64,000 nt of DNA from a bacterium (lineage in GTDB: Bacteria; Actinomycetota; Acidimicrobiia; Spongiisociales; Spongiisociaceae). Shown piece after piece: positions 25,557-34,171 of the stretch (positions within the stretch are counted from its first letter, which is position 1; the number at the start of each line of letters is the position of its first letter). Position numbers and translations under genes: made by a program. Location of the stretch: assembly GCA_028821235.1 (NCBI GenBank), contig JAPPGV010000089.1, positions 93,839 through 157,838 of the forward strand, written 5' to 3'. The notes under the pieces are model-generated. The model did no database searches. It saw nothing but the letters and a program-made list of their open reading frames with translations, and was not told the DNA's origin.

Positions 25557-26078
25557 TCAGGCCAGTTCTATGTTCAGCGGTACCGGGTTACTCAGCGTGT
25601 GTCCGACCGGGGAGCTGTTGACGACCTTGTCGTGGAGGGCGGCAAGCTGCTCCTCCGTGGCATCGGAGTCCAGGTGGACCTTCACCGACAGGCCTCCGTA
25701 GCCGGCGTGGCCGGGCTTCAGACCCAGGAAGGTATGCAGGTCCAGATCGCCGCTGACTTCGATCTTGAGGTCGTTGATCTCCACTCCGGCCGCCGTAGCG
25801 TTGGCGGCGTATCCGACCGCCAAGCAATTGCCGAGCGCTCCGAGCACCTGCTCCGCCGGATTGGGGGCGGTGTCGGTGCCGCCGAGTCCGGCCGGCTCGT
25901 CGGAGGGGATCGGGTCAAAGTCCCGGATCGAGACCTCTGAGCGGAAGGCGCCCGTCCAGTTCACGGTGGCCTGCCATTCGGTCTGGCCCTGCTCCGGGTC
26001 GTCCGCCACGGCGGCGACCAGGGCGCCGACCGCCTGCAGGTCTACGTCGTTGAGTTGCTGTTCGGTCTTGGTAGTCAT
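25557..26078 (-). CDS. OsmC/Ohr family peroxiredoxin-like protein
   Basis: 173 aa. OsmC-fold pattern with paired Cys (GNCLAVGY ... SSPVGHT). Confidence 0.8.
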   Translation of the reverse strand: MTTKTEQQLNDVDLQAVGALVAAVADDPEQGQTEWQATVNWTGAFRSEVSIRDFDPIPSDEPAGLGGTDTAPNPAEQVLGALGNCLAVGYAANATAAGVEINDLKIEVSGDLDLHTFLGLKPGHAGYGGLSVKVHLDSDATEEQLAALHDKVVNSSPVGHTLSNPVPLNIELA

Positions 26079-26564
26079 GGATGTCCTTTCGTAGTCGTAC
26101 CCGTCCGGGTGCGCGTTGCACTCCGGATGGGCATATTCCTGACGCCGGATCTTGCTCTCGGGTGCTGGCGATCAGCGGGACAGGCCGAGCCGTCCCGGGC
26201 TTCTCACCCGAGAGCACGAACACGCGTGCATGGCGCAAACGGGGAAGGCGCGGGCCGGCATCAGGCCGAAGGGGGTTCCGTGAAGGGACATGGTCAGCAG
26301 TTCTCCTTTGTCGTTACGCGCTCCGTAGTGAGCGCCGACAGCGGAGTCCGCCGCAGGCTGTCTCATCGATCAGGCATTGGCACCGAACGGATCGGTTGCC
26401 GCGGTTTCGTAGGGCCTGTCCCTCCACCGCTCTTGATAAGCGCGTTGTTGGTGCGGAATGTTTGCATCCGGCCCTGCTGGTGTCAAGGTGGGAGCCGGGC
26501 CTGTTCCGAAAGTCATGTCAAGATGCCGAGGACACCAAGGTTGCAGTGCTCCGGAGACCGGTCG

Positions 26565-28172
26565 TCACACCTTCAGCTCGCGGCGAAGCATGAACATCCA
26601 GGTGAGGAGTCCCGACAGCGCGATGAGGACCAACGAGGTGATGCCGACCTCGGCGAAGAACCCGTCCTCCGCTGCGCTCCATATCAGTGTGGCCAGCGTC
26701 TCGAACCCGATCGGGGCGAGGAGCAGCGTGGCCGGCAGTTCCTTGAGCGTGGACAGCAGGACCAGGCCTCCTCCTGTTACCAGACCGGGCGTCACCAGCG
26801 GTAGGTCGATGGCGAAGAGACGGCGGCGGGCGGATACCCCGAGAGTGCGGGCGGCGTCTTCGTAGCGCGAGGGCACGTCCCTTATCGCCGCCTGGGTTGC
26901 CCTCATCGACTGGGCGCCGAAGTGCAGCACGTAGGCCAGCACGAGCAAGGGGAACGTCTGGTACAGCGCCGCCAGCGGGCCGGGCGCCCGGATGGCCCAG
27001 AAGACGATCGCCAGTGCGACCACCAGCCCGGGCAGGGCGAAGACAGAGGTCACTGAAGCGGCGGCCGAACTCGACACCCAGTTTCTACGCCTCGCGGCCG
27101 CGTAGGCCACGGGTAGCGTGACGGCCACTGCGCACAGCCCGGCGACAACCGAGGCGACAGCCGAGTTGAGGATGGGCCGGACGAGAAAGCCGAGCCCGTC
27201 CCCGATGCCCGAATAGCCGACCCCGACCGTGGTCGAGCCCCGGATCACCCAGAGCATGAACACCGCGACGGGGGCCACCAGAGCCACGCCGACCACCCCG
27301 CCGGCGAGCACTGCGGCCGGGGCCGCCGACCTGCGGAGCCGGTACCGCACCTGCTCCCTCCCGATTCCCGTGCCGGGTTGCCGGTCAGGTGAGGCTGCCC
27401 GCTCGATCAGCGCCACGATCAGCGCCAGGACGGCGAGCACCAGCCCGAGTGTCAGGGAAGTGGCTCGGTCGAACAGGCGGGACGAGAAGATGGCCCTCGC
27501 GATGGTGTCGTAGCGCATCAGCGCCACCGCACCGAAGTCGCTCAGCCCGTAGAGGAACACCAGCATGGTTCCGGCCGCCACCGTGTCGCGGATGTTCGGC
27601 AGGACTACCCGGATCAACGTACGTCCGGGGCGGCTGCCCAGGAGCCGCGCCGCTTCCTCCTGCGTGGCGACCGTGGTGGAGAGACGCGCCAGGACGGGGA
27701 GGTAGACGTAGGGATAGCTGAGCGCTGTCAGGACGATTAACGCTCCCCAGAACCCTTCGATCCTGGGGATGAAAGGCACCAGTCCTCCCCGACCGAAGGC
27801 CGACAGCAAGGCGGTGGCGCCCACGAAAGAGGGGATGACCAGCGGTAGCGGCAGCACCACCCGCCAGAACCGCCGCGCCACCAGGTCCGTGCGGGCTACG
27901 AGCCAGGCAAGCGTGGTTCCGAGGATCATGCAAGACACGGCGGTAGCCGAGGCGATCAGCAGCGAGTTGCGCAGTGGCCGCAGGGTGCGCTCGCCGAGGA
28001 CGGTCGTCCAGAAGTCCCCCCCGAGGTGCAGGGTTTCCCACGCCAGGTAGCCGATGGGGAAGAGGAAGAGTAGGCCCGATAGCGCCACCGCCACCAGGAG
28101 ACCGGGGTGGCGGCTCCGGCGCCGGGCTATGGCCGGAGCCGAGGTGTCAGAAGGACTCGAGCCCGCTTTCAT
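26565..28172 (-). CDS. iron(III)/thiamine-type ABC transporter permease, two-domain (FbpB-like)
   Basis: 535 aa polytopic membrane protein with two EAA-loop permease domains (LGSRPGRTLIRVVLPN; LGVSARRRLFAIDLPL). 26-nt overlap with the upstream SBP gene. Confidence 0.8.
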   Translation of the reverse strand: MKAGSSPSDTSAPAIARRRSRHPGLLVAVALSGLLFLFPIGYLAWETLHLGGDFWTTVLGERTLRPLRNSLLIASATAVSCMILGTTLAWLVARTDLVARRFWRVVLPLPLVIPSFVGATALLSAFGRGGLVPFIPRIEGFWGALIVLTALSYPYVYLPVLARLSTTVATQEEAARLLGSRPGRTLIRVVLPNIRDTVAAGTMLVFLYGLSDFGAVALMRYDTIARAIFSSRLFDRATSLTLGLVLAVLALIVALIERAASPDRQPGTGIGREQVRYRLRRSAAPAAVLAGGVVGVALVAPVAVFMLWVIRGSTTVGVGYSGIGDGLGFLVRPILNSAVASVVAGLCAVAVTLPVAYAAARRRNWVSSSAAASVTSVFALPGLVVALAIVFWAIRAPGPLAALYQTFPLLVLAYVLHFGAQSMRATQAAIRDVPSRYEDAARTLGVSARRRLFAIDLPLVTPGLVTGGGLVLLSTLKELPATLLLAPIGFETLATLIWSAAEDGFFAEVGITSLVLIALSGLLTWMFMLRRELKV

Positions 28173-29148
28173 CGATCAGTTCCTTAGTCCGCTCCAGCCC
28201 GCCTCCGAGCCGATCGAAATCGTAGGTGGCGACACCCAAGCTCGGAAGAGGGGGCAGTACGGAGGATGGTGCCACACCGGCCGCCAGTGGGTACTCGAAA
28301 GCCTGCTCGCTGAGGAAACGCTGGGCCTCCTCGCTGAGCATGAACTCCACGAGTTGATCGGCTAGTTCGGGGACATCGGTGGTGGAGAGCACCCCGATCG
28401 CCGTGACGATCAGTAGGGAGCCGATGTCGCGGTCGGGGAAGTAGTAGTTCTCCGAGGCGACGCCCGGATCCTCGGCCTTGGCGCGAAGGTTGTAGTAGTG
28501 GTTGACGAGGCCCATCGGGACATCACCCCGGCCCACGGCCTGGACGATCGAGGTGTTGTTGGCGTAGGCGCGGGCGTCGTTGGCCTCCAACGCCTTGAGC
28601 CACTCCAGAGCCACTCCATCGCCGTGGACCTCCCGCATGGCTGTCACGAAGTCCTGGAACGAGCCGTTGGCGGGCGCCACCCCGACTCGTCCGCGGAATC
28701 GCTCGTCGGTCAAATCGAAGACCGAGGCGGGAAGCTCGGCGGGATCCACGAGATCGCGGTTGTAGACGATGACGCGGACCCGGCCCGACATCCCCACCCA
28801 GAGACCTCCGGCATTCCGGAACTCCCCAGGGACCGCCTGGAGAGCGTACTGGTCGATGGGCCGGAGGTGGCCCTCCCCGGCCAGGAAACCCACCGCGCCC
28901 GGGCTCTGGGAGATGAACACGTCGGCCGGGTTCCGATCCCCTTCCTGGTCGATGAGCAGCGCCAGGTCGGCCGACTCTCCGTACCGGACCACGACCTCGA
29001 TGCCGGTAGCTTCGGTGAAGTCCTCGAGGATCGGCCCGATCAGGTTCTCGGTACGCCCCGAGTACACCGTAACCTTCTCGTCCCCACCCCCACAGGAGAC
29101 CCCCACCAATCCAAGGACCATCACCACCGCCGCGACTGCAGATCTCAC
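28147..29148 (-). CDS. iron(III) ABC transporter substrate-binding lipoprotein (FbpA-like)
   Basis: GTG start. Signal peptide with lipobox LVGVSCGGG. Periplasmic-binding fold similar to Fe3+ binding proteins. Confidence 0.75.
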   Translation of the reverse strand: MRSAVAAVVMVLGLVGVSCGGGDEKVTVYSGRTENLIGPILEDFTEATGIEVVVRYGESADLALLIDQEGDRNPADVFISQSPGAVGFLAGEGHLRPIDQYALQAVPGEFRNAGGLWVGMSGRVRVIVYNRDLVDPAELPASVFDLTDERFRGRVGVAPANGSFQDFVTAMREVHGDGVALEWLKALEANDARAYANNTSIVQAVGRGDVPMGLVNHYYNLRAKAEDPGVASENYYFPDRDIGSLLIVTAIGVLSTTDVPELADQLVEFMLSEEAQRFLSEQAFEYPLAAGVAPSSVLPPLPSLGVATYDFDRLGGGLERTKELIDESGLESF

Positions 29149-29584
29149 GTGCGTCCCTTCTGTATTCGGGGCTACTCAAGCGCAGGCGACTCACCACCTC
29201 GATGTGAGAGTAGGTAGACTATAGGATGACTGTCAAGTAACCCGATGAAAGAATATTCGGGCACCCTAATCACATATACTCTGAATTGAAGTCGGGCCTT
29301 TTGGCCTAGTGGCCGCTGGTCAAGGCGACGTGCTTCGGACGTTCCACGATCGCTCGCGGTGTAACCGTTCGGTGCCGCTATCCGGATACCGGGCGGTTAC
29401 GAATCCGTAGCTTACGAGTGGCTACTCGCTCCACCGGATCAGATCCTCCCGCGCGACTGACCCAGGGCCGAGTACAGCCCGGTAGGGTCCGGCTTGTGTT
29501 CGATGTTTCCGAGTACCGGGGTACAGCTTGGCTGTCCGTACTCTCTCAAGGCGGCGGCTGGTCGGTCGGGGACGGGCTTCTCCC

Positions 29585-29701
29585 ATGATCGGATGGATAC
29601 TGGGGATCGTGGTGGGGCTGTGGATACTTGTTCTGCTCGGGGTGATGCTGCTGGGCGCATGGACAATGATCCAGAAGTGGCGCAGCAAGAAGCAGCAGTG
29701 A
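29585..29701 (+). CDS. possible small hydrophobic membrane peptide (38 aa), speculative
   Basis: ATG...TGA ORF encoding MIGWILGIVVGLWILVLLGVMLLGAWTMIQKWRSKKQQ (one TM helix plus basic tail). It is below the 60-aa cutoff of the ORF track. No strong SD. Lies in an otherwise non-coding ~840 bp stretch. Confidence 0.2.
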   Translation: MIGWILGIVVGLWILVLLGVMLLGAWTMIQKWRSKKQQ

Positions 29702-29986
29702 GGGGCTGATCGCCGACTCTTCCTGGAGTTCCAGGTCCGGACGACAGGGACGCCGAGGGGACAGGGAAACGCCGAGGGCCTGCCGGGTGAGGCCGTGGGG
29801 CGCAAGAAGACGAAGATCGTGCGGATCGACGGCCTCCGCAGCCCGTGTCACGAGTACCCGAGCAGCTGCTCCGAGACCTGCTGGAGCTGACTCGCGGTCG
29901 CTCGTCGTCTGGTACCGGAAGCGATCGCTGTGCCTTGGAACCCCGTTAGGCTGCGATGCCACTGCCTGACATCACCGGAGCCGGAT

Positions 29987-30494
29987 GTGACTACGACATT
30001 GTCGGAGGAGATTGCCGCCTGGGACGGCAAATCCGCCGCCGTGTTGCAGTCGACATATGAGCGCCATAGCGCAGAAGAGGGTTTTGTTGCGACGATCCTG
30101 GCGCATATTTCAGATGTCGAATTGCAGCGGGCGGCGACCTGGCTGCTGAAGAAGTACCTCGAGGTGGGGAACTCGCTATCCGTTGCCGGTTGCCGTGCGG
30201 TCCTCGGAATGCTGTCGGGGCAGGAGCATTGGGAAGCCAAGCTGCACATCCTCCAGTGCCTGCCCTATCTGGACATTTCCGAGGACGACAGCGTCGGTGT
30301 CGGAGCAGTTCCTGGATGCCTGTCTTGAGAGCGAGCGCAAGTTCGTCAGGGCGTGGGCCTATAACGGATTCAACGAACTGGCGCTTCACTTCCCGCGGTA
30401 CCGGGACGAGGTGGACCGCATGCTTGCCCGGGCCGGCGAATCCGAATCTGCGTCGGTTCGGGCGAGGATTCGCAACATACGGAAAGGGCGCTGA
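29987..30494 (+). pseudogene. frameshifted hypothetical alpha-helical (HEAT-like repeat) protein, possibly DNA-alkylation-repair-like
   Basis: GTG at 29987 (GGAG SD) opens MTTTLSEEIAAWDGKSAAVLQSTYERH...LPYLDISEDD, ending at 30328. The reading frame then continues in the +1 frame (SVSEQFLDACLESERKFVRAWAYNGFNELALHFPRYRDEVDRMLARAGE...RKGR) to 30494. The two frames share the SV junction near 30290, indicating a single-base indel. Family assignment is weak. Confidence 0.4.
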
Positions 30495-30617
30495 CCTGTC
30501 CGACCGGCCCACTTATCCCTATTCACAGCTGCTTGCGTCGGCATCGGTGGTCACCAACGACCGGTGCTCGACGGAAGAACGGACCCTGGATGAGCTGCAG
30601 GAAGTCCGCTCGTCACG

Positions 30618-32981
30618 ATGCCGACTCACCCCGGATCCGGCTATGCGCGGGGCAGGGGGATGAAGGGTCTGGACGGAACTTCCCGGGCCCTCCGGAGAAA
30701 CCGGCATGGACGGGCCGGAGGCCTGGGCGCCGTCACGTTGCTGCTGGCCGTCACCCTGGTGGTACCGCCTGGTGCCGCGTACGGCGCCTCCCCGGATGGA
30801 TCAGCACCGCTCGCGCAGGCGGAGAGGGATCGGTTGGCGAGGGAGTTCGCGGCCGTGCTCAACCTGCGGGAAGCTCCCGACTCGATGTGCCTCTCGGTGA
30901 TGCTGGATGGTGATCCGATCTTCGAATCGCGGTCCGGTACCGCCTTCACCCCCGCGTCCTTGATGAAGGTGGCCACTGCCGCGGCTGCCTTCGAGGTGAT
31001 GAGCCCGGACGAGGTCTTCACCACGGAAGTGTTTGTCCGGACCGAGGACCTCGAGTCGATCACCGACGGCGTCCTGACGGGCGACGTGTACCTCGTCGGT
31101 CAGGGCGACCCGGTGCTGTCCACGCCCCGCTTCATCAACCGCTACGAGGTGCCGGTGGCCCACACCGACATCACGGGCCTGGCCAACCAGGTGATGGACG
31201 CCCTATCCGCCCATGGCGTCAGGAGGATCGAGGGCCGGATCGTGGGAGACGAGTCGTGGTATCCCGACAAGGAGCGCGACTACTCCGGGGAGGTTATCGC
31301 CGGCGAGACGGACCCGGTGTGGAGACGCTCCTTCGTGACCGCCAACCACTCCGGACCGCTGTCGGCCCTGCTCCTCAACAGCGGGTTCTCGCGGTATTCC
31401 AGCTCGGTATTCTCCGCGGGCCGCCGCCAGAGCGTGCGGGCGGCGCAGCCCGCGCAGCACGCCGCTTCGGTATTCGACGACTTCCTCGAGGCGCGACGGA
31501 TGGTGATCACGCGGCGGCCGGTGGCGGGCGTGGCGCCGGCTCCGAGCGAGCGGACCATGCTCGGGGCGGTCGAATCCCCGCCTCTGTCCGAGATCGTGGC
31601 TCGCATGCTGACCCGTTCCGACAACACCATCGCCGAGATGCTGCTGAAGGAGATCGGCCGCCGGGGCGGGGGCTCGGACCGCGCCTCTGCGGTGGCCGAT
31701 GTTCAGACCATCCTCCGGGACAAGTTGGGGCGGGCGGCGGACGGGTTGCTGATCGCCGATGGCTCGGGCCTGTCCTACTCCAACCGCCTCACCTGCGGCG
31801 CGGTCGCCGGACTGCTGGAGGAGGCCGGCCCCGGTTCGCCGCTGGTGGAGGGTCTGGCCGTGGCGGGCGAGACGGGCACTCTGAGAAACTGCCACCCCGT
31901 CCGGTCTAGGGGAAACCAGGACCAGCTCCTTACCGTCAAGGGCAAGACGGGCTCGCTGGACCATGTGATCTCCCTGGCGGGGACGGCTGTGGCGGCCGGC
32001 GGCGAGGCGATCACGTTCTCGATGATCGCGAACCAGCCAAACATCATCCTCCTCGGATCCTGCAACCGTCTCCGCAGGACGCTCCTGAACGCCGCCGCCA
32101 ACTACACGTACGGTCCCGCCGGGCCGGGTATTCCTGTCCATGCGGGAGATCGCGCCGCGCTCGTGGCGTTGTTCAACGACACGGGCGGGGAGGGCTGGTT
32201 CAACGCGTGGAGCTGGAAGACCGGCGCGCACCCGAGCAGGTGGCACGGTGTGGCCACCGACTCCGAGGGAAGGGTCACCGGGATCGACCTGAGCGGCCCG
32301 TTCGGTAACGGCTTGACGGGATCGATACCGGAGGAGATCGGCCGGTTGAGCGAGCTCGTCCGGCTCGATCTTTCCGGCAACGACCTGTGCGTGCCCCGGT
32401 CCATCGTAGACAGCTTGCCGAGCACCGGGGTCGGGACCTGTCCCGTGTTCGTCGACGCGATGGGGAACACTCATGAGGCGGCGCTGGAAGCCCTGGCCGG
32501 AAGGGGGATCCTGGACGGCACCGAGTGCGCGGACGGCATCTGTCCGAACGAGCCGATCAAGCGATGGACCATGGCGGTGTGGCTGGTTCGGGCGCGCGAC
32601 GGCCGCGAGCCATCTGCGGTCTCCACGTCGTCGTTCGCCGACGTGGACACGGATGCGTGGTGGCTTCCCTACGTGGAGCGGCTGTCGGAACTCCGCATCA
32701 CCGCAGGATACGCGCTCCAGCCGCTACGTTTCTGCCCTGACCGCCCGGTAACACGGGACGAGATGGCGTCGTTCCTGGTGCGCGCCTTCGACCTCGAAGA
32801 CGCCCCTCCAGCAGGATTCGGCGATACCGGTGGAAGCGTCCACCGGGCAGCCATCGACGCCCTATGGGCCGCCAGAGTCACGGCCGGATGCCAGGCGAAC
32901 CCGCCGCTCTACTGCCCCGCCCAAGCGGTCACCCGAGCCGAGATGGCGACGTTCCTCGCCCGATCTCTCGGCCTCGGCTGA
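30618..32981 (+). CDS. D-alanyl-D-alanine carboxypeptidase/endopeptidase (PBP4/DacB, peptidase S13) fused to a leucine-rich-repeat region and three C-terminal SLH domains
   Basis: 787 aa. Signal peptide (MKGLDG...VPPGAAYGA; the alternative start at 30660 gives the same mature protein). SxxK motif ASLMKV, SDN motif TRSDNT and KTG motif KGKTGSL. LRR segment GRVTGIDLSGPFGNGLTGSIPEEIGRLSELVRLDLSGNDL. Three S-layer-homology-like repeats (F.D....W...YVE.L...I.AGY). Confidence 0.8.
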   Translation: MPTHPGSGYARGRGMKGLDGTSRALRRNRHGRAGGLGAVTLLLAVTLVVPPGAAYGASPDGSAPLAQAERDRLAREFAAVLNLREAPDSMCLSVMLDGDPIFESRSGTAFTPASLMKVATAAAAFEVMSPDEVFTTEVFVRTEDLESITDGVLTGDVYLVGQGDPVLSTPRFINRYEVPVAHTDITGLANQVMDALSAHGVRRIEGRIVGDESWYPDKERDYSGEVIAGETDPVWRRSFVTANHSGPLSALLLNSGFSRYSSSVFSAGRRQSVRAAQPAQHAASVFDDFLEARRMVITRRPVAGVAPAPSERTMLGAVESPPLSEIVARMLTRSDNTIAEMLLKEIGRRGGGSDRASAVADVQTILRDKLGRAADGLLIADGSGLSYSNRLTCGAVAGLLEEAGPGSPLVEGLAVAGETGTLRNCHPVRSRGNQDQLLTVKGKTGSLDHVISLAGTAVAAGGEAITFSMIANQPNIILLGSCNRLRRTLLNAAANYTYGPAGPGIPVHAGDRAALVALFNDTGGEGWFNAWSWKTGAHPSRWHGVATDSEGRVTGIDLSGPFGNGLTGSIPEEIGRLSELVRLDLSGNDLCVPRSIVDSLPSTGVGTCPVFVDAMGNTHEAALEALAGRGILDGTECADGICPNEPIKRWTMAVWLVRARDGREPSAVSTSSFADVDTDAWWLPYVERLSELRITAGYALQPLRFCPDRPVTRDEMASFLVRAFDLEDAPPAGFGDTGGSVHRAAIDALWAARVTAGCQANPPLYCPAQAVTRAEMATFLARSLGLG

Positions 32982-32998
32982 GCACCCGTGACTCACCG

Positions 32999-33742
32999 GT
33001 GAGCCGGGTGGCCATCGTCTCCGGGGGAGGCCGCGGGATCGGGGCCGCCGTCTGCCGCAAGCTCGCCGACCGGTTCCGGGCCATCGGAGTGATCGACCGT
33101 GACCGGGATCCGGCGGAGCAGGTCGCAGCAGAACTGCGGGCCGCGGGGAGGGTCGCGGAGGTACGTGTCGTCGATGTCACCAACGTCGACGCGGTCGGGC
33201 AGGCGGTGGACAGCCTGGTGGCCGAGATGGGAGGCCTGGACACGGTGGTGGCGGCGGCCGGGAACCAGGTCGGCGCAGAGTTGGCGGATATGTCCGTGGC
33301 GGTCTGGTCCTCCGTCCTGGATGTCCACCTGACCGGCTCCTTCGCGCTGGTCAGAGCCTCGCTGCCCGCCTTGCGACAGTCGTCCAGCCCGAGCGTGGTG
33401 CTGGTCTCCTCGGTCGCCGCCCGCGGCATAGTCGGGCATGCCAACTACGGAGCGGCCAAGGCGGGCATCATGGGTCTCACCCGTTCCCTTGCCAGGGAGC
33501 TAGGGCCGGAGGGCATCCGGGTCAACGCAGTGGCGCCCGGCTTCATTGACACCCGCATGACCCGGGACGGCGCCGGCCACCGGGGCCTGAGCTGGGAGGA
33601 GTTCGCAGGGCCGGCGGCGGCCGCCACGGCCCTGGGACGGATCGGCCAACCGGAGGAGGTGGCCTCGGTCGTCGACTTCCTGGCGAGCCCGGACAGCAGC
33701 TACGTGACCGGCCAGATCGTCTACGTGACGGGCGGTATTTGA
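32999..33742 (+). CDS. SDR family oxidoreductase (FabG-like 3-oxoacyl reductase)
   Basis: Start reassigned to GTG at 32999 (MSRVAIVSGGGRGIGAAV), 18 nt after the PBP4 stop. The track ATG at 32864 lies inside the PBP4 gene. NAAG-like motif, YGAAKAG catalytic motif and PGFIDT. Confidence 0.85.
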   Translation: MSRVAIVSGGGRGIGAAVCRKLADRFRAIGVIDRDRDPAEQVAAELRAAGRVAEVRVVDVTNVDAVGQAVDSLVAEMGGLDTVVAAAGNQVGAELADMSVAVWSSVLDVHLTGSFALVRASLPALRQSSSPSVVLVSSVAARGIVGHANYGAAKAGIMGLTRSLARELGPEGIRVNAVAPGFIDTRMTRDGAGHRGLSWEEFAGPAAAATALGRIGQPEEVASVVDFLASPDSSYVTGQIVYVTGGI

Positions 33743-33789
33743 CCCGGGCCGATCCTCGTGCGTGGGCCAGCCCGGTGCCGATCTCCTGG

Positions 33790-33961
33790 GACGGAAGGGG
33801 CTGGAATGCCTGGTACAGGCCCGTTATACCTGTCAATGAGCACGAGGCTCGGAGGTGCTCGGCGTATTAGGCGGTGCCGAAGCCTCGGCTCATTTGTATA
33901 AAGCGGAACGGCACGGGACCAACGGGCACCCAGATGAGCGAGTCCTTGACTGAAGTCGGAC
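33790..33961 (+). promoter_or_regulatory. low-GC promoter/operator region of the hicAB operon
   Basis: Local drop in GC (tgtcaatgagcacgaggctcggaggtgctcggcgtattaggcgg...catttgtataaagcggaacggcac). Contains a TATAAA-like -10 candidate. Region lies immediately upstream of hicA. Confidence 0.35.
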
Positions 33962-34171
33962 ATGCCTCGACGGGTTAGGGTCCGTCAAGCCCTTCGGATT
34001 GTTGAGGGGGATGGCTGGGAACTGGCGCGGACACGTGGCAGCCACCGACAGTACCGGCATCCCGTGAAACCAGGAACCGTCACCATTCCTGGCCATATGA
34101 ACGATCAATTACATCCGAAGACATGGAAGAGTATTCTCAAGCAAGCAGGACTTGATCAGGAGCCCTTATGA
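33962..34171 (+). CDS. hicA: type II toxin-antitoxin system HicA family toxin (mRNA interferase)
   Basis: 69 aa. MPRRVRVRQALRIVEGDGWELARTRGSHRQYRHPVKPGTVTIPGH...KTWKSILKQAGL matches the HicA/YcfA consensus. Preceded by a low-GC promoter-like region. Stop overlaps the hicB start (ATGA). Confidence 0.8.
   Translation: MPRRVRVRQALRIVEGDGWELARTRGSHRQYRHPVKPGTVTIPGHMNDQLHPKTWKSILKQAGLDQEPL

Noticed and set aside
29296-29307. GGCC-TTTT-GGCC hairpin as a possible intrinsic terminator.
   Set aside because: The stem is only 4 bp and no U-tract follows on either strand. Kept only as a minor observation.
29395-29406. T-loop-like GGTTACGAATCC and a CTCCACC string, suggesting a tRNA or tmRNA 3' end.
   Set aside because: Neither strand can be folded into a 5-bp T-stem with a 7-nt loop, an acceptor stem or a D-arm. 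There is no CCA-compatible acceptor pairing. Treated as a chance match.
32864-32998. ATG at 32864 as the start of the FabG-like SDR (track ORF 32864-33742).
   Set aside because: It lies inside the PBP4-LRR-SLH coding region. The encoded 45 residues are Pro/Arg/Ser-rich. The canonical SDR N-terminus MSRVAIVSGGGRGIG begins at GTG 32999, right after the PBP4 stop.
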